A stretch of DNA of 64,000 nucleotides from Chitinophagales bacterium (GCA_046329555.1 JAXLUK010000002.1:128983-192982), one strand, 5' to 3'. Positions 29,399-40,261 are shown, counted from the stretch's first letter. Program-made: numbers and translations. Notes: a model not told the origin generated them from the sequence alone.

Positions 29399-32300
29399 TT
29401 ATCGCAAAATTACCAGCTTCCCAAAACCCTGCTTGAAATATTTATCGATATTGGTATTGTTGAAGAATCTGGCGGTGTTACCATTAGAATTCATATGATC
29501 CATCTGACGCCCATCCAAATTACTAATCACACGATAGAAATAAACACCATTAGCCAACTTATCGCCATACTGATCGCGGCCATCCCAAGCATATCGGGTG
29601 AGGTTATGTCCGATATGAATATCACCCAATTCCTCTTTCGTAATTTCTTTAACCACGCGACCGGTAATGGTCATAATTTGAATTTTAAGGTAGGTGGGAA
29701 CTTCACTTCCCGTCAGCGTAAAGTCAAAGCGTGTTGAAGTGCTGAATGGATTCGGATAATTAAGCACACTCGACACCATCGGTTTCGTAATAATTTCGAA
29801 AGTAGTGCGGTAATCGTAATGCACGTTTCCAACATACTGATTGGAACTCACGCCGCTGCTATTGCCGTTATTGTCCCGATCCTTAACCAGTAATTCATAG
29901 GTACCATCTACGGTAAAAGCTGGCTTCAGCTCAATTTTCGCCTTATTCATTTTAGAAATATCACCGCTGGCCGGATAGAACGAAAGCACATTACCATCGT
30001 AGGGAAAATATACTGGTTGTGAAACGCCTGGATACTTGATATACACCTGCATCAAAGAGGTATCTTTCAACGCCTGATTTTTGTTTTCATCCCGAAGAGA
30101 AATCAGAATATTAGGTTTGGCAGAAACAATATCGCCATTCATAATATGCTGTCCGTCGAAAGTAACATCCAGCAGCGGATTAATTTTATCGCCTACTGCA
30201 TTAAAGTCGATGAATGCAAAATTATTAAAGTGGAAACGCTCGGGCTGATGTTTAGTGTCAATTGGATTAGCTTCAATGCTTAATCTATTCTTTCCTTCGT
30301 AAACTGAATTTAGCAGGGGCTGCCGGAACTGCAGAATCATCGTATCCAACGCATACAACGAATCTTGCTTAATGATAAACGATTGCTGACTTTGATTCTG
30401 CAAACTTTGCAAGACATACTTCGTTCGCATACTATCCATATTGTAAGTGGAAACATTCTCTAATGCGATTCCCACATTTACAGAATCTCCAATTCCAATG
30501 GTGTCGCGCTGAATTTTGAAATACGCCGTTGGATTCATAGCGGCCTCCGGCACTTCTTTATACAATACTCTCCAATAGTAATTCTGTGATGGCGTATGCG
30601 TGCTATCGTCGCGCGTATACATTCTCAGCCGCACGAAAGGATACTGCGCAGCGTTCACGAAATTCAAAGTTGTATCCAGCGTGGTTGTTTGCAACAGTAC
30701 ATTTTGCGTTCCGTTCTGACGTACACCTATTATTTCAACGTACTGCTGATCCACCGCGGTATTTTCGGCGCGACGGTATCGCCAGTGCACGGATCCCCAT
30801 TCGTTTGCCGGGCCAATCAAAGTTGATTCATAGGTACCTGATTGACGCTTTACGCGAAAGTCGAAACTACTTGAAATTGCAGTATTATAATCTGTTCCAA
30901 TAATTTGTTTGGAATTACCAGGCACGCCTTTCTGGAAAAAGAAAATATAAGGAGCAGCACGGTTGCTATCTACATACAACTGCAGCAAACTGGCGCCAAA
31001 ACCAATCAACTTATTTTTAAGCGTTGCCGGCATCGTACTCCAGTTAGGCCGGTTATCGCTGTACATCACCACATAAGCGCCATTGGGTATGCTATCCAGG
31101 AAATTACTAACCACCTGCGCCCAAGGAATTCCCAGCGATGGATGCGTTGTGTTATCAAAATGAAAATCAAATCCGCTTTGATTAAGGGTTTGCGAAGCGC
31201 AATGATAATTACCGAATCTTCCAAAGTTGGTACCGGTATTTACGCTTTCCCAAATTTCCAGATTATTGGTATCCACTACTCCGAAGGTAATGCCGTTTGT
31301 GCCATTGAGGGCAAATCCACAACTACCCATGCGATAGCGATGTTGGTTGACGCCGTTTAATTGCCATTCCAAATTTGCAGCAGGCAGTTGCCCCCCAGTG
31401 GCATTACTCCATCCGGCCATTGCGTACATACTGTTTAGTCCGCTGTTGTATTTGAACACGCGGTCGCTGTCTAAATAAATCTCTTCGGAATAATTATCCT
31501 TCTTCCATTGATAATAGTGCGACTGATTCCAACCGGGATATTCATCTTTTAAATACAGAAAAGACGAATACTTCCAGCCCTTCGTTAATCCTCCTGCCGA
31601 ATCGGTTCCCACTCTCCAGTAGTACACCGTACTATCGGAAAAAGAAACTGGTACAGTCCAGTGCAAAACACCTCCTTTTTGCGTCACCGTGCCCTGTGCC
31701 AGAATAGTTTGAAATCGCTCCGAAGTATCCAGTTGAAACCGGTAGGTTCTTTCAGGTGCGAAAATATTCACAGTACTGGCTTTAAGCACCGGATTTTGTT
31801 TCGGCACAATAGCGAATTCGTAAGGCCAGATGGGAATTACATCATCACTTTGAATGTAGGTGCTAAACAGCTCCAAACTGCCATTATTTGTTTCGCTCAT
31901 CTCATCGATGCGCGTTTTCGATTCAACAAAAACCTGGAAATCATTCGGACCATAACCATAACTACGGTTATACAACGTAGGAAGTTTAAAAGAGAAAGTG
32001 TCGCGGTAGTACGTGGCACGAACCATTTTCTTATAAATAAATTGCGCGTTGGTGCCGGTTCCATTACCAGTGGTGTCAATTTTTCGGGTAAGCGTAATTT
32101 CAATCGAATCTTTAATAGCTCTGCCCAGATTAGCTACAATGATATTCACCAAAAAAGAGTCGCTTGCAGCATCAATAGTGGTTGGTGTAAAATACACCGA
32201 CTCATTGTCAATTTGATAATCTGGTTTTGGATACTGATACAACTTAACAGCCGGATCGCCGTGCAACGTCATCTCGTAGTTGATGAACATATCAAAATCG

Positions 32301-34606
32301 CTAGAGCCAAAAATGGAATCGTTATCCCGATAAGCGGCTTGTAGTGCCTTACCCCAGGATGTATTATAAGCGCTTGAGCGCAACCGGTCGTAAACAAAGG
32401 TTCCGTAATTATACAAATTACCACTAATAGACGAGCCGCTGGTTGCAGTAAAGATAATCGCTCCCTTACCCGGAGTCAGTACAAATCGTTCACTAAATGT
32501 AGATGGCTGCGAAGCAGAAATAGCGTCGTGAATACTTCCCGCAAAACAACCATTAGAATAGATGATCGGATAGCGTTCGTAGTTCGTCCAGTTCTCTGGT
32601 TGATCAATATCAATGTCAGTTGCCGTACCGGCAGAATGCCCGAAAAGCGACATTAACGCCACACCTGAGTCGCGGCGCTGCGCAATTGCTTCTTTCTGCG
32701 TAACATCTATTGGTGCCGAAGATGTCTTATAGTAAGAAGTAACATGAGTACCCCAACTAGTATCCTGAATTCGGGTGGTCCAATCATCGATATAGGAAGC
32801 CAGTTCTGCTTGTTCTATAGATGTTTCACCACCTCCGAAATGCATCACTTGCTTCATCCAATCCTTTTCAGCCTTTGTTTGATAAGGATCACCCGCGCGA
32901 GCCTGCAAACTTTCATACTGCCGAACTTTCGCCAGGTAATCACGAACTTGTTCAGGGCGCTGAGCCGCCAATCGACCTACCGCCAACAACGGAGCATTAC
33001 TTCCTCTTCTGGTAGCCAATAAATTATCTGAAGCCGGTCTGCCCCAAGTTGGCACTAAACAAGCCGCATACGCCTGTGCAGCACTTTGCCCGCCACCACC
33101 TTGTAATATTTCGCGGTAGTCGCGCCCCTTTCCGATAATGAAAAGGTATTCTGGTTTTTTATTCCAGTTATCGTAGGCGTACTCAATGAAATTGCGTATC
33201 GCCAGAGGTGTTTTGCGAATTCCGTAGCCAAATTGATCAAACAGTTGGTCGATGTCATAAACAGTCCGCGCATCAAACTTTCCGGTAGCCGGATTTGCCG
33301 TCTTATCGCGATATTTCCGAAATTCTTCCACCTGATTCACGCCTAAACTATCTGCAAACAAAGCGCGATTTGAAATAATGATATAGTCGCTTTGTGCGGC
33401 TGCCGCCCGATAGTCGCGAAAGGTCACTGAATCCATACTGGCAATACTGGTTGCGGCATTTGGATTGGAACGAATGAACATTTCCCGCTCTCCAGCTACT
33501 GCAGGTATTACATAGGTTCTTGTAGTACTAGACAAGGCGTTGGACGAAGGAATCATCAAACCATTCGTAAGATCATACAACATGGGCTGCACGCCGGCTG
33601 TTGCATAATTTTGCAAACGGAAGAAACGTGGATTAGTACCCTCACGCAAACGCCACAGAAAATCAGGTGTTCCGCTGAAATCAAATTTTCTGGGATATTC
33701 TAAATCTGCATATAAAATCAAATCCTGATTACCCACACCCTGACTAGGTTGCAGCTCCTCCGTTTTAATCGTATTACTGGCTAAAATAGAATCAATTCGA
33801 ACCTGTGTTACGGTAGGATTATATCCCCATGAATAAAACTGCTTCTGCCAGTAAGGCGTGCCATTCCAGGATAACCGAAGCCAGTGATCTTCCGGACTTC
33901 TGGTAAAAATATAACATCTGCGTATACCGTATTGCGGTCCGTTAGTGTACAGCTTTTGCGTGGTTAAGGTTACTGAACCAGGCGAAGTATTACTAAACCA
34001 GCCTGAGCCAAAACCTTCCGCTTCGTCCCATATTGATTTAAAAATCAGAGAAGTACCCACCTGATAGGCTTTTCCACCAGTGAAGGTAGCCGTATATGTT
34101 TGGCGGGTTACCTGCCAGAAATACAACTCCTCAGGCAAAGCCAGCGTGGTAGCCAGGCTGGTATCATTAGCTACTTGCTGATAACGCCTGTTATTCGTCT
34201 GGTTGTTCACTACCAGAAAATAAATTGAGGTATCGGTGAAATTGCTTTTATAAATATGCGGCTGCCATCCCGATTTTGGATATAATACGGAATCCATATC
34301 GGCAATATTCTTCCTGCCATAGAATTCTATAAAATCAGTGGCGCCTAAGCTAGTTGTGTTGGAAAGATAAATGGGCTCTTGCGTACCGTTGTGATACAGC
34401 GCAATATTGGCGGGATTAACAGAACTAATATTGGGAATGGCCGCGCTTAAAGTGCTGTACGGTATTCGATAAAAACCATCGGTGGTGATTTTTATCTTGT
34501 AATGCACCAGTGAATAATCTATCCACTCGTTTCCATAGCGAAGCGGCTGCGCACCTAAACGCCAGACCAACAACATCAACATGAAAAACAGTAGCCGTTT
34601 ATTCAT
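29399..34606 (-). CDS. PorU-like T9SS C-terminal signal peptidase / sortase (peptidase C25 family), unusually long at 1735 aa
   Basis: The N-terminus (GNEWIDYSLVHYKIKITTDGFYRIPY) is typical of PorU. A caspase-fold His/Cys dyad is present: LFGHSAG (His codon 32636-32638) and YSNGCFAG (Cys codon 32546-32548). About 945 aa follow the protease domain. A CTD-like segment (LNYPNPFSTSTRFDFTL...GVYFYRV) lies near the C-terminus. Confidence 0.75.
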   Translation of the reverse strand: MNKRLLFFMLMLLVWRLGAQPLRYGNEWIDYSLVHYKIKITTDGFYRIPYSTLSAAIPNISSVNPANIALYHNGTQEPIYLSNTTSLGATDFIEFYGRKNIADMDSVLYPKSGWQPHIYKSNFTDTSIYFLVVNNQTNNRRYQQVANDTSLATTLALPEELYFWQVTRQTYTATFTGGKAYQVGTSLIFKSIWDEAEGFGSGWFSNTSPGSVTLTTQKLYTNGPQYGIRRCYIFTRSPEDHWLRLSWNGTPYWQKQFYSWGYNPTVTQVRIDSILASNTIKTEELQPSQGVGNQDLILYADLEYPRKFDFSGTPDFLWRLREGTNPRFFRLQNYATAGVQPMLYDLTNGLMIPSSNALSSTTRTYVIPAVAGEREMFIRSNPNAATSIASMDSVTFRDYRAAAAQSDYIIISNRALFADSLGVNQVEEFRKYRDKTANPATGKFDARTVYDIDQLFDQFGYGIRKTPLAIRNFIEYAYDNWNKKPEYLFIIGKGRDYREILQGGGGQSAAQAYAACLVPTWGRPASDNLLATRRGSNAPLLAVGRLAAQRPEQVRDYLAKVRQYESLQARAGDPYQTKAEKDWMKQVMHFGGGETSIEQAELASYIDDWTTRIQDTSWGTHVTSYYKTSSAPIDVTQKEAIAQRRDSGVALMSLFGHSAGTATDIDIDQPENWTNYERYPIIYSNGCFAGSIHDAISASQPSTFSERFVLTPGKGAIIFTATSGSSISGNLYNYGTFVYDRLRSSAYNTSWGKALQAAYRDNDSIFGSSDFDMFINYEMTLHGDPAVKLYQYPKPDYQIDNESVYFTPTTIDAASDSFLVNIIVANLGRAIKDSIEITLTRKIDTTGNGTGTNAQFIYKKMVRATYYRDTFSFKLPTLYNRSYGYGPNDFQVFVESKTRIDEMSETNNGSLELFSTYIQSDDVIPIWPYEFAIVPKQNPVLKASTVNIFAPERTYRFQLDTSERFQTILAQGTVTQKGGVLHWTVPVSFSDSTVYYWRVGTDSAGGLTKGWKYSSFLYLKDEYPGWNQSHYYQWKKDNYSEEIYLDSDRVFKYNSGLNSMYAMAGWSNATGGQLPAANLEWQLNGVNQHRYRMGSCGFALNGTNGITFGVVDTNNLEIWESVNTGTNFGRFGNYHCASQTLNQSGFDFHFDNTTHPSLGIPWAQVVSNFLDSIPNGAYVVMYSDNRPNWSTMPATLKNKLIGFGASLLQLYVDSNRAAPYIFFFQKGVPGNSKQIIGTDYNTAISSSFDFRVKRQSGTYESTLIGPANEWGSVHWRYRRAENTAVDQQYVEIIGVRQNGTQNVLLQTTTLDTTLNFVNAAQYPFVRLRMYTRDDSTHTPSQNYYWRVLYKEVPEAAMNPTAYFKIQRDTIGIGDSVNVGIALENVSTYNMDSMRTKYVLQSLQNQSQQSFIIKQDSLYALDTMILQFRQPLLNSVYEGKNRLSIEANPIDTKHQPERFHFNNFAFIDFNAVGDKINPLLDVTFDGQHIMNGDIVSAKPNILISLRDENKNQALKDTSLMQVYIKYPGVSQPVYFPYDGNVLSFYPASGDISKMNKAKIELKPAFTVDGTYELLVKDRDNNGNSSGVSSNQYVGNVHYDYRTTFEIITKPMVSSVLNYPNPFSTSTRFDFTLTGSEVPTYLKIQIMTITGRVVKEITKEELGDIHIGHNLTRYAWDGRDQYGDKLANGVYFYRVISNLDGRQMDHMNSNGNTARFFNNTNIDKYFKQGFGKLVILR

Positions 34607-35728
34607 TTACTCCTTGGTTTCCGCTTTTTTCTTCTTGATATTAATATCCAAGCGCAGGCTAACTACGTGCGAATACAAACCGTTGTTTCTGGAAGCATCC
34701 TTAATGGCCGTTAAGTTGGCCAGCGCATAATCTATTTGTACTACTTTAATTCGCACACCTGCACCCACTGATGGCGCAACTGCATAATGTTGTTTACCGT
34801 CCTCGGCATAATACCGCTGAATATTGTTGATGCCCGCGCGGATATATCCAATGCGGAATAAATCCAATTCCAGACCGGCTGCAATATCCATGCTGATGGG
34901 CTTACCGGCCACCAGCATATTTCTTTTTCCATCGGTAGAAAAAATGAAATCCACTTCGGGGCGGATGAAGAATTTATTCTTGACATTAATCTCGTAACCA
35001 ATACCCAGGTTAATCAATGGCGTACGTAGTTCAGTAGAATTTTTAGGCAACTCATTTCCTGTAGCAACTAATACGGCTTTCTCGGCATCCGTAAAATTAA
35101 ACGACCAAGAAGTGAAGGTAGAGGTAATATCGCGAAGCGAAAGGCCGGTGCGTAATCCTTTCCAACGATATTGCAGTCCCAAATCAATTCCAAAGCCATA
35201 TGCGTGCGCAAACTTTCCTACTTGCCGATAAATAATCTTGACCGAACCACCTGCTGTCAACCCCTTAATGGGAAATTTTTGCGCATAGTGAATATTGAAA
35301 GAATAATCAGCAGTGCTGAACGAAGTAATTTTGCTGTAATCAGGTGTGCCATCGGGGCCATACAAGAACAATGTATTGGGAATGTCATCCACTCCAAAAC
35401 GCTGGAAGGTGAAACCAATAACCCGTTTCTTCTCATCAAAAGGCACCGCTGCGGCCACTACATCAAACTTTCCAATTCCCGCAAACCATTCGGCATGCGT
35501 TAAACCCACCTGAAAAGTATTATTGATTTGCGCCAACCCCGCCGGATTGAAATATCCGGCAAAAGCATCATCGCGGAAAGCCGATTGCGCATTGCCCAAA
35601 GACAGGCCCTTGGCATCGGCGCCAATATCCATAAACTCATTACTGTACTTGCGTACTTCTGCCTGTGCTAAAACCTGCGCAGCCCACACCACGCTTCCCA
35701 CTATGAAAATAGCCTTTCTCAACTTCAT
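34607..35728 (-). CDS. PorV/PorQ-family T9SS outer-membrane beta-barrel protein (PorV-paralog-like)
   Basis: It has a signal peptide followed by NEFMDIGADAKGLSLGNAQSAF.DDAFAGYFNPAGLA, the family's N-terminal signature. Alternating beta-strand sequence continues to the C-terminus. Its stop codon (34607-34609) abuts the ATG of the PorU-like gene (34604-34606). Confidence 0.7.
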   Translation of the reverse strand: MKLRKAIFIVGSVVWAAQVLAQAEVRKYSNEFMDIGADAKGLSLGNAQSAFRDDAFAGYFNPAGLAQINNTFQVGLTHAEWFAGIGKFDVVAAAVPFDEKKRVIGFTFQRFGVDDIPNTLFLYGPDGTPDYSKITSFSTADYSFNIHYAQKFPIKGLTAGGSVKIIYRQVGKFAHAYGFGIDLGLQYRWKGLRTGLSLRDITSTFTSWSFNFTDAEKAVLVATGNELPKNSTELRTPLINLGIGYEINVKNKFFIRPEVDFIFSTDGKRNMLVAGKPISMDIAAGLELDLFRIGYIRAGINNIQRYYAEDGKQHYAVAPSVGAGVRIKVVQIDYALANLTAIKDASRNNGLYSHVVSLRLDINIKKKKAETKE

Positions 35729-35734
35729 TCGTTT

Positions 35735-36394
35735 TTAAATCGCCAGCAATTGCTGGCTGCTATAACGTACGTTCCCCGAAATCTGTTGCATGCCCTGCTG
35801 TAATTTTTCAGCATCACCGGCTTCAACTGATGTGCGCGTTACCCGCTCACTGATGCGACACAACCCCTCAACCGCACCGGCATACGTCTGCAGCCGGTGC
35901 AGATACTGCACCTCAGAGAATATCCGAAATCTACGAAAAAAATCCGGGGCTGCTGTCAACATTCCGGAAGCCAAAAAGTAACCCTGTACAATTTCCTCGT
36001 CAACTTGCTGAATATGAGCGTAAAAATCGCCGGCCAGACTGGGGTCAGCCTTTAACAACTCCACATCCAGGGCTAATTCCACGCCTATATGCGCCAAAAA
36101 AGACAATCGGTACTTTTCTCGGGAAACCCCTAGCGCCAGCCAATTTTCAAGCAATTGCCGAACCAGTTGATGAAACGCCGGATGCTGATGAAAATACTGA
36201 TCGGCGTGGTAATGCCGCAATACCCCTTCCTGAATATGCGACTGAACTTCCGGGTATGCATTTCCCTGGCGGTGCCGTAAGTTATGGTTGTAATGCCGCG
36301 TAAAACCGGGCATCAAATCGGGCATCATCGCCCCTAAAGAAAAATAGGGTTGTTGCCGGTGGCGGTCAATCACGTAATGCGACAGGAAATGCAT
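35735..36394 (-). CDS. Hypothetical protein, possibly acyl carrier protein phosphodiesterase (AcpH)-like
   Basis: The trimmed start MHFLSHYV..., together with the HYHADQYFH and HIGVELALD motifs, weakly recalls AcpH (MNFLAHLHL...). The longer ORF to 36523 would overlap tyrS. Its stop is 6 nt upstream of the PorV-like gene start. Confidence 0.4.
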   Translation of the reverse strand: MHFLSHYVIDRHRQQPYFSLGAMMPDLMPGFTRHYNHNLRHRQGNAYPEVQSHIQEGVLRHYHADQYFHQHPAFHQLVRQLLENWLALGVSREKYRLSFLAHIGVELALDVELLKADPSLAGDFYAHIQQVDEEIVQGYFLASGMLTAAPDFFRRFRIFSEVQYLHRLQTYAGAVEGLCRISERVTRTSVEAGDAEKLQQGMQQISGNVRYSSQQLLAI

Positions 36395-36458
36395 ACAGGA
36401 AAGTAAAAAATTGCCTGTAATTGTTGCCGGAAAAGGCTTTACTTCTATTTTCGTTGGC

Positions 36459-37733
36459 ATGGTGAAGAATTTTATTGAAGAGTTGCGTTGGCGCGGCATG
36501 CTGAAAGATATCATGCCGGGCACCGAGGAGTTGTTAATGAAGGAAGTGGTGACCGGTTATATCGGATTCGACCCAACAGCCGATTCGCTGGGGGTTGGCA
36601 ATTTGGTACAGATTATGACCTTACTGCACTTCCAGCAATGTGGCCACAAACCTGTAGCGCTGATCGGTGGCGCTACGGGCATGGTGGGCGACCCATCCGG
36701 AAAAAGTGCAGAACGCAATTTATTGGATGAAGCCACCTTGCAACGCAATTTGGAAGCGCAGCAAAAACAATTGGAAAAATTTCTGGATTTTTCAGGAGCC
36801 AACGCCGCTGTCATCGTCAATAATTATGATTGGTTCAGGAATTTTTCATTTCTGGAATTCATCAGAGATGTGGGGAAGCATATTTCTGTAAATTATATGA
36901 TGGCCAAAGACAGCGTGCAAAACCGACTGGAAGATGGCATGAGCTTCACTGAATTTTCTTACCAGCTAGTGCAGGGGTATGATTTCTATTATTTATGGAA
37001 AGAACATGGCGTAAAACTGCAAATGGGTGGCAGCGACCAATGGGGAAACATTACCACCGGTACCGAGTTAATCAGGCGGAAGGCCGGCGGAGAAGGTTTT
37101 GCGTTAACAACGCCCTTGATTAAAAAGGCGGATGGTACCAAGTTTGGTAAATCGGAAGGAGGCAATGTATGGCTTGATCCTGCCAAAACTTCCCCTTATC
37201 AGTTTTACCAATTCTGGCTGAACGCAGCCGATGCAGACGCATCTACTTTCATTCGCATTTTTAGTTTTAAAGGAAGGGAAGAAATTGAAGCACTGGAAAG
37301 CCAACACCGCGAAGCTCCACATCAGCGCTTATTGCAAAAAACACTGGCTGCAGAACTTACGGCGCGCGTGCATTCAAACGAAGCCCTGCAACACGCCCTG
37401 AATACCACGCAAATTTTGTTTCATACTGATGCGCTGGAATCGCTGCAACAACTCCATGCCAAAGATTTGGAAGACGCCTTTGACGCTTCAGCCACTTTTC
37501 GCCTTTCGAAAGAAGTTTTCGAAGCCACCGATATCGTTAGTTTACTGGGCGAAAAAACAGCCATCTTCCCTTCTAAAGGTGAAGCCCGAAAAATGCTGCA
37601 GGCCAACGGCGTAAGCATCAACAAACAAAAAGTTGGCGTTGACTACAAGCTACAATCCAGTGAACTGCTATTTGGCAACTCATTACTGATTCAAAAAGGA
37701 AAGAAAAATTGGTTCCTCATTATTGTTGTTTAA
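36459..37733 (+). CDS. tyrS: Tyrosine--tRNA ligase
   Basis: It has the class I motifs (GFDPTADSLGVGNL; KFGKSEGG as KMSKS) and a C-terminal S4-like domain. The start is set at the ATG at 36459 (MVKNFIEELRWRG). Confidence 0.92.
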   Translation: MVKNFIEELRWRGMLKDIMPGTEELLMKEVVTGYIGFDPTADSLGVGNLVQIMTLLHFQQCGHKPVALIGGATGMVGDPSGKSAERNLLDEATLQRNLEAQQKQLEKFLDFSGANAAVIVNNYDWFRNFSFLEFIRDVGKHISVNYMMAKDSVQNRLEDGMSFTEFSYQLVQGYDFYYLWKEHGVKLQMGGSDQWGNITTGTELIRRKAGGEGFALTTPLIKKADGTKFGKSEGGNVWLDPAKTSPYQFYQFWLNAADADASTFIRIFSFKGREEIEALESQHREAPHQRLLQKTLAAELTARVHSNEALQHALNTTQILFHTDALESLQQLHAKDLEDAFDASATFRLSKEVFEATDIVSLLGEKTAIFPSKGEARKMLQANGVSINKQKVGVDYKLQSSELLFGNSLLIQKGKKNWFLIIVV

Positions 37734-37763
37734 ACGCTTCGAAGCAATTGATACTTTTACACG

Positions 37764-38078
37764 ATGAAAAGCACCGTTAAAATGATAGCCGCACTTGCCG
37801 TAATCCTGGCCTTAGCATCCTGCGGCACACCGCCTACAGCCTGCATAACCGTAGTAACGCCTACCGACAGCATTCGCGTTGGAAAGCCAGTGCAATTTGA
37901 TGGCACATGCAGCGCGGATGAGAAGTCGTATCGTTGGGATTTTAGCAATGGTGAAATCAGCACATCCGGACAGCCAACCATGACTTTTGATTCTGCCCGC
38001 GATTACGAGATATTTTTGTTGGTAACTAACGACCGTAAAACGGCGAATACTTCAAAAACCATTACTGTAAAACCCTAA
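37764..38078 (+). CDS. Small PKD-domain lipoprotein
   Basis: It has a lipoprotein signal (ALAVILALASC). A single PKD-like domain follows (GKPVQFDGTCS...YRWDFSNG...YEIFLLVTND). Confidence 0.7.
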   Translation: MKSTVKMIAALAVILALASCGTPPTACITVVTPTDSIRVGKPVQFDGTCSADEKSYRWDFSNGEISTSGQPTMTFDSARDYEIFLLVTNDRKTANTSKTITVKP

Positions 38079-38128
38079 TGTAAAGGCTGATAACTGTTAT
38101 TTGAGGCAGCAAATCGACGAAAATCCCT

Positions 38129-39376
38129 TTACAACGCAGCGAAAATTGCTGATGCGTTATGGCCGCCAAAACCAAAGGTATTGGATAAAGCGGCTCTTAT
38201 TTTCCTGGGCTGCGCCTGATTGAAAGTAAGATTCAGTTTTGAATCAATTTCTGGATCGTCAGTAAAGTGATTGATGGTTGGCGGCACCAACTGATGTTGA
38301 ATAGCCAGCACACAGGCAATGGCTTCCACCGCTCCGGCAGCACCCAATAAATGTCCGGTCATAGATTTGGTACTGCTAATATTCATCTGATACACATGTT
38401 CGCCAAACACCGATGCAATGGCCTTCAATTCCGCATTATCCCCCAGTGGTGTTGAGGTGCCATGGGTATTCACGTAATCGATATCTTCGGGTTTCATTCC
38501 CGCATCTTCCAAACAAAACTGCATACCTCTGATGGCGCCCTGCCCCTCGGGATGTGGTGCCGTAAGGTGATAAGCATCCGCGCTGAGGCCGCCGCCTTTC
38601 AATTCACAGTAAATTTTTGCACCGCGGGCAATAGCGTGTTCATATTCTTCTAACACTAAAGCACCCGCTCCTTCTCCCATCACAAAACCATCCCGGTCTT
38701 TATCATAAGGACGGGAAGCAGTAGCAGGATCATCGTTTCGTTCACTCAGCGCCTTCATAGAAGAAAATCCGCCGATACCGCCCTTGGTTACTGAGCCTTC
38801 AGAGCCACCGGCTACAATAACATCTGCCTTGCCTAACCGAATCAGGTTGAAAGCATCTATCAGCGCAATAGTAGAAGAAGCACAAGCGGCAACAGGACTG
38901 TAATTCGGCCCACATAATCCATGTTTCATGGAGATATGTCCGGCAGCGATGTCAACAATAATCTTTGGAATGAAAAATGGATTAAACCTAGGGGTGCCAT
39001 CACCCTTGGCGAAACCGCCAATTTCTTCTTCGAAAATATGTAAACCTCCAATGCCGGCCGACCAAATCACACCAGCACGATAACGATCTAACCGATCAGA
39101 AATAAAACCTGAATCGCGAATGGCTTCGTCGGCCGCCACCATAGCATACTGCGCAAAATTGTCGAGCCGCTTTACTTCTTTTCGATCAATAAACTGGGTG
39201 ACATCAAAGTTTTTGAGCTCACACGCAATTTTGGTTTTAAACTTTTCAGTATCGAAAGAAGTAATAGCTGCACACCCGCTTAGACCCTCCGCCAACCCCT
39301 GCCAAAAGTCAGGAACGGTGTTGCCAATGGGTGTGAGGGCACCAAGGCCCGTTACAACAACCCGCTTCAGTTGCAT
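38129..39376 (-). CDS. fabF: Beta-ketoacyl-ACP synthase II
   Basis: It has the KAS II active-site contexts (ACASS, HGTSTPLGD, GHLLGAAG, FGFGGHN). It lies directly downstream of acpP. Confidence 0.93.
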   Translation of the reverse strand: MQLKRVVVTGLGALTPIGNTVPDFWQGLAEGLSGCAAITSFDTEKFKTKIACELKNFDVTQFIDRKEVKRLDNFAQYAMVAADEAIRDSGFISDRLDRYRAGVIWSAGIGGLHIFEEEIGGFAKGDGTPRFNPFFIPKIIVDIAAGHISMKHGLCGPNYSPVAACASSTIALIDAFNLIRLGKADVIVAGGSEGSVTKGGIGGFSSMKALSERNDDPATASRPYDKDRDGFVMGEGAGALVLEEYEHAIARGAKIYCELKGGGLSADAYHLTAPHPEGQGAIRGMQFCLEDAGMKPEDIDYVNTHGTSTPLGDNAELKAIASVFGEHVYQMNISSTKSMTGHLLGAAGAVEAIACVLAIQHQLVPPTINHFTDDPEIDSKLNLTFNQAQPRKIRAALSNTFGFGGHNASAIFAAL

Positions 39377-39386
39377 GAAAAAGAAA

Positions 39387-39623
39387 TTAAGCTAACGTCT
39401 TCTCGAGGTACGAAATGGCTTGGCCAACCGTTGTAATGGTTTCAGCCTGTTCGTCGGGAATAGAGATATTGAATTCTTTTTCGAATTCCATGATAAGCTC
39501 CACAGTATCCAAAGAATCTGCTCCCAGGTCAGTAGTAAAGCTGGCCTCATTAGTCACCTGGCTTTCTTCCACTCCCAGTTTATCTACAATAATCTTCTTA
39601 ACCCGTTCAGCAATTGTTGCCAT
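39387..39623 (-). CDS. acpP: Acyl carrier protein
   Basis: The 78-aa product [12 protein letters not shown]...[16 protein letters not shown] carries the phosphopantetheine Ser motif DSLD. The start is trimmed from the longer ORF. Confidence 0.93.
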   Translation of the reverse strand: MATIAERVKKIIVDKLGVEESQVTNEASFTTDLGADSLDTVELIMEFEKEFNISIPDEQAETITTVGQAISYLEKTLA

Positions 39624-39685
39624 GATCTGTATTTTGGTTTGAGCCGCAAAAATAGTATTACGCAGGAAACTTAAAAGCGAAAATT

Positions 39686-40261
39686 TCACTCCTCAATCGC
39701 TACCACCTCCCGCACTTCGGGCACCATGCGCTTTAACAATCCTTCAATACCATTTTTTAACGTGATAGAAGCAGACGGACAACCACTGCATGAACCTTGC
39801 AGTACTACGCTTACCACGCCATCACTAAAGGACCGGAAAGAGATATGTCCGCCATCGCCTTCTACGGCTGGCTTAACATACTTTTCTAACAAATTCACAA
39901 TTTTTGCTTCCGGATTATCAGCAACCGGCGCTTCAGGGTCAACAGGTTGCGCCCTATTCCAAAGCGCTTCCGTTACCGCTTTCTTGCCGCTGGCCAGAAA
40001 TTGGCGAATCGCCTCACGCAAACCACTGGTAATTTCATACCATTCTACTTCAGCTACCTTGGTAACCGTTACAAAATTCTGACTTAAAAATACCTGCTTT
40101 ACGTAGGGCAAATCAAAGAGCATCAACGCCAAAGGCGATTCTGCTGCACTTTCTTTTGATTTAAATTCAGCAACATCATTGGGCAATAAATGATGATTAG
40201 TAACAAACTTCAGGCTCTCAGGATTAGGCGTTTCTTCCGTATAAATTTCCACCAATATCAT
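39686..40261 (-). CDS. NifU-family Fe-S cluster assembly protein (Nfu_N + NifU C-terminal domain)
   Basis: The N-terminus is [10 protein letters not shown] (Nfu_N). The C-terminus has the GSCSGCPSA CxxC motif. Confidence 0.82.
   Translation of the reverse strand: MILVEIYTEETPNPESLKFVTNHHLLPNDVAEFKSKESAAESPLALMLFDLPYVKQVFLSQNFVTVTKVAEVEWYEITSGLREAIRQFLASGKKAVTEALWNRAQPVDPEAPVADNPEAKIVNLLEKYVKPAVEGDGGHISFRSFSDGVVSVVLQGSCSGCPSASITLKNGIEGLLKRMVPEVREVVAIEE

Noticed and set aside
29495-33276. Long antisense ORFs inside the PorU-like gene (for example 31661..32344 with 227 aa, 30905..31360 with 151 aa, 30586..30903) and similar ORFs inside the adhesin, polA and ppiD-like genes.
   Set aside because: They have no motifs and a composition typical of the reverse strand of a long gene. 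The sense-strand product is clearly homologous to known families.
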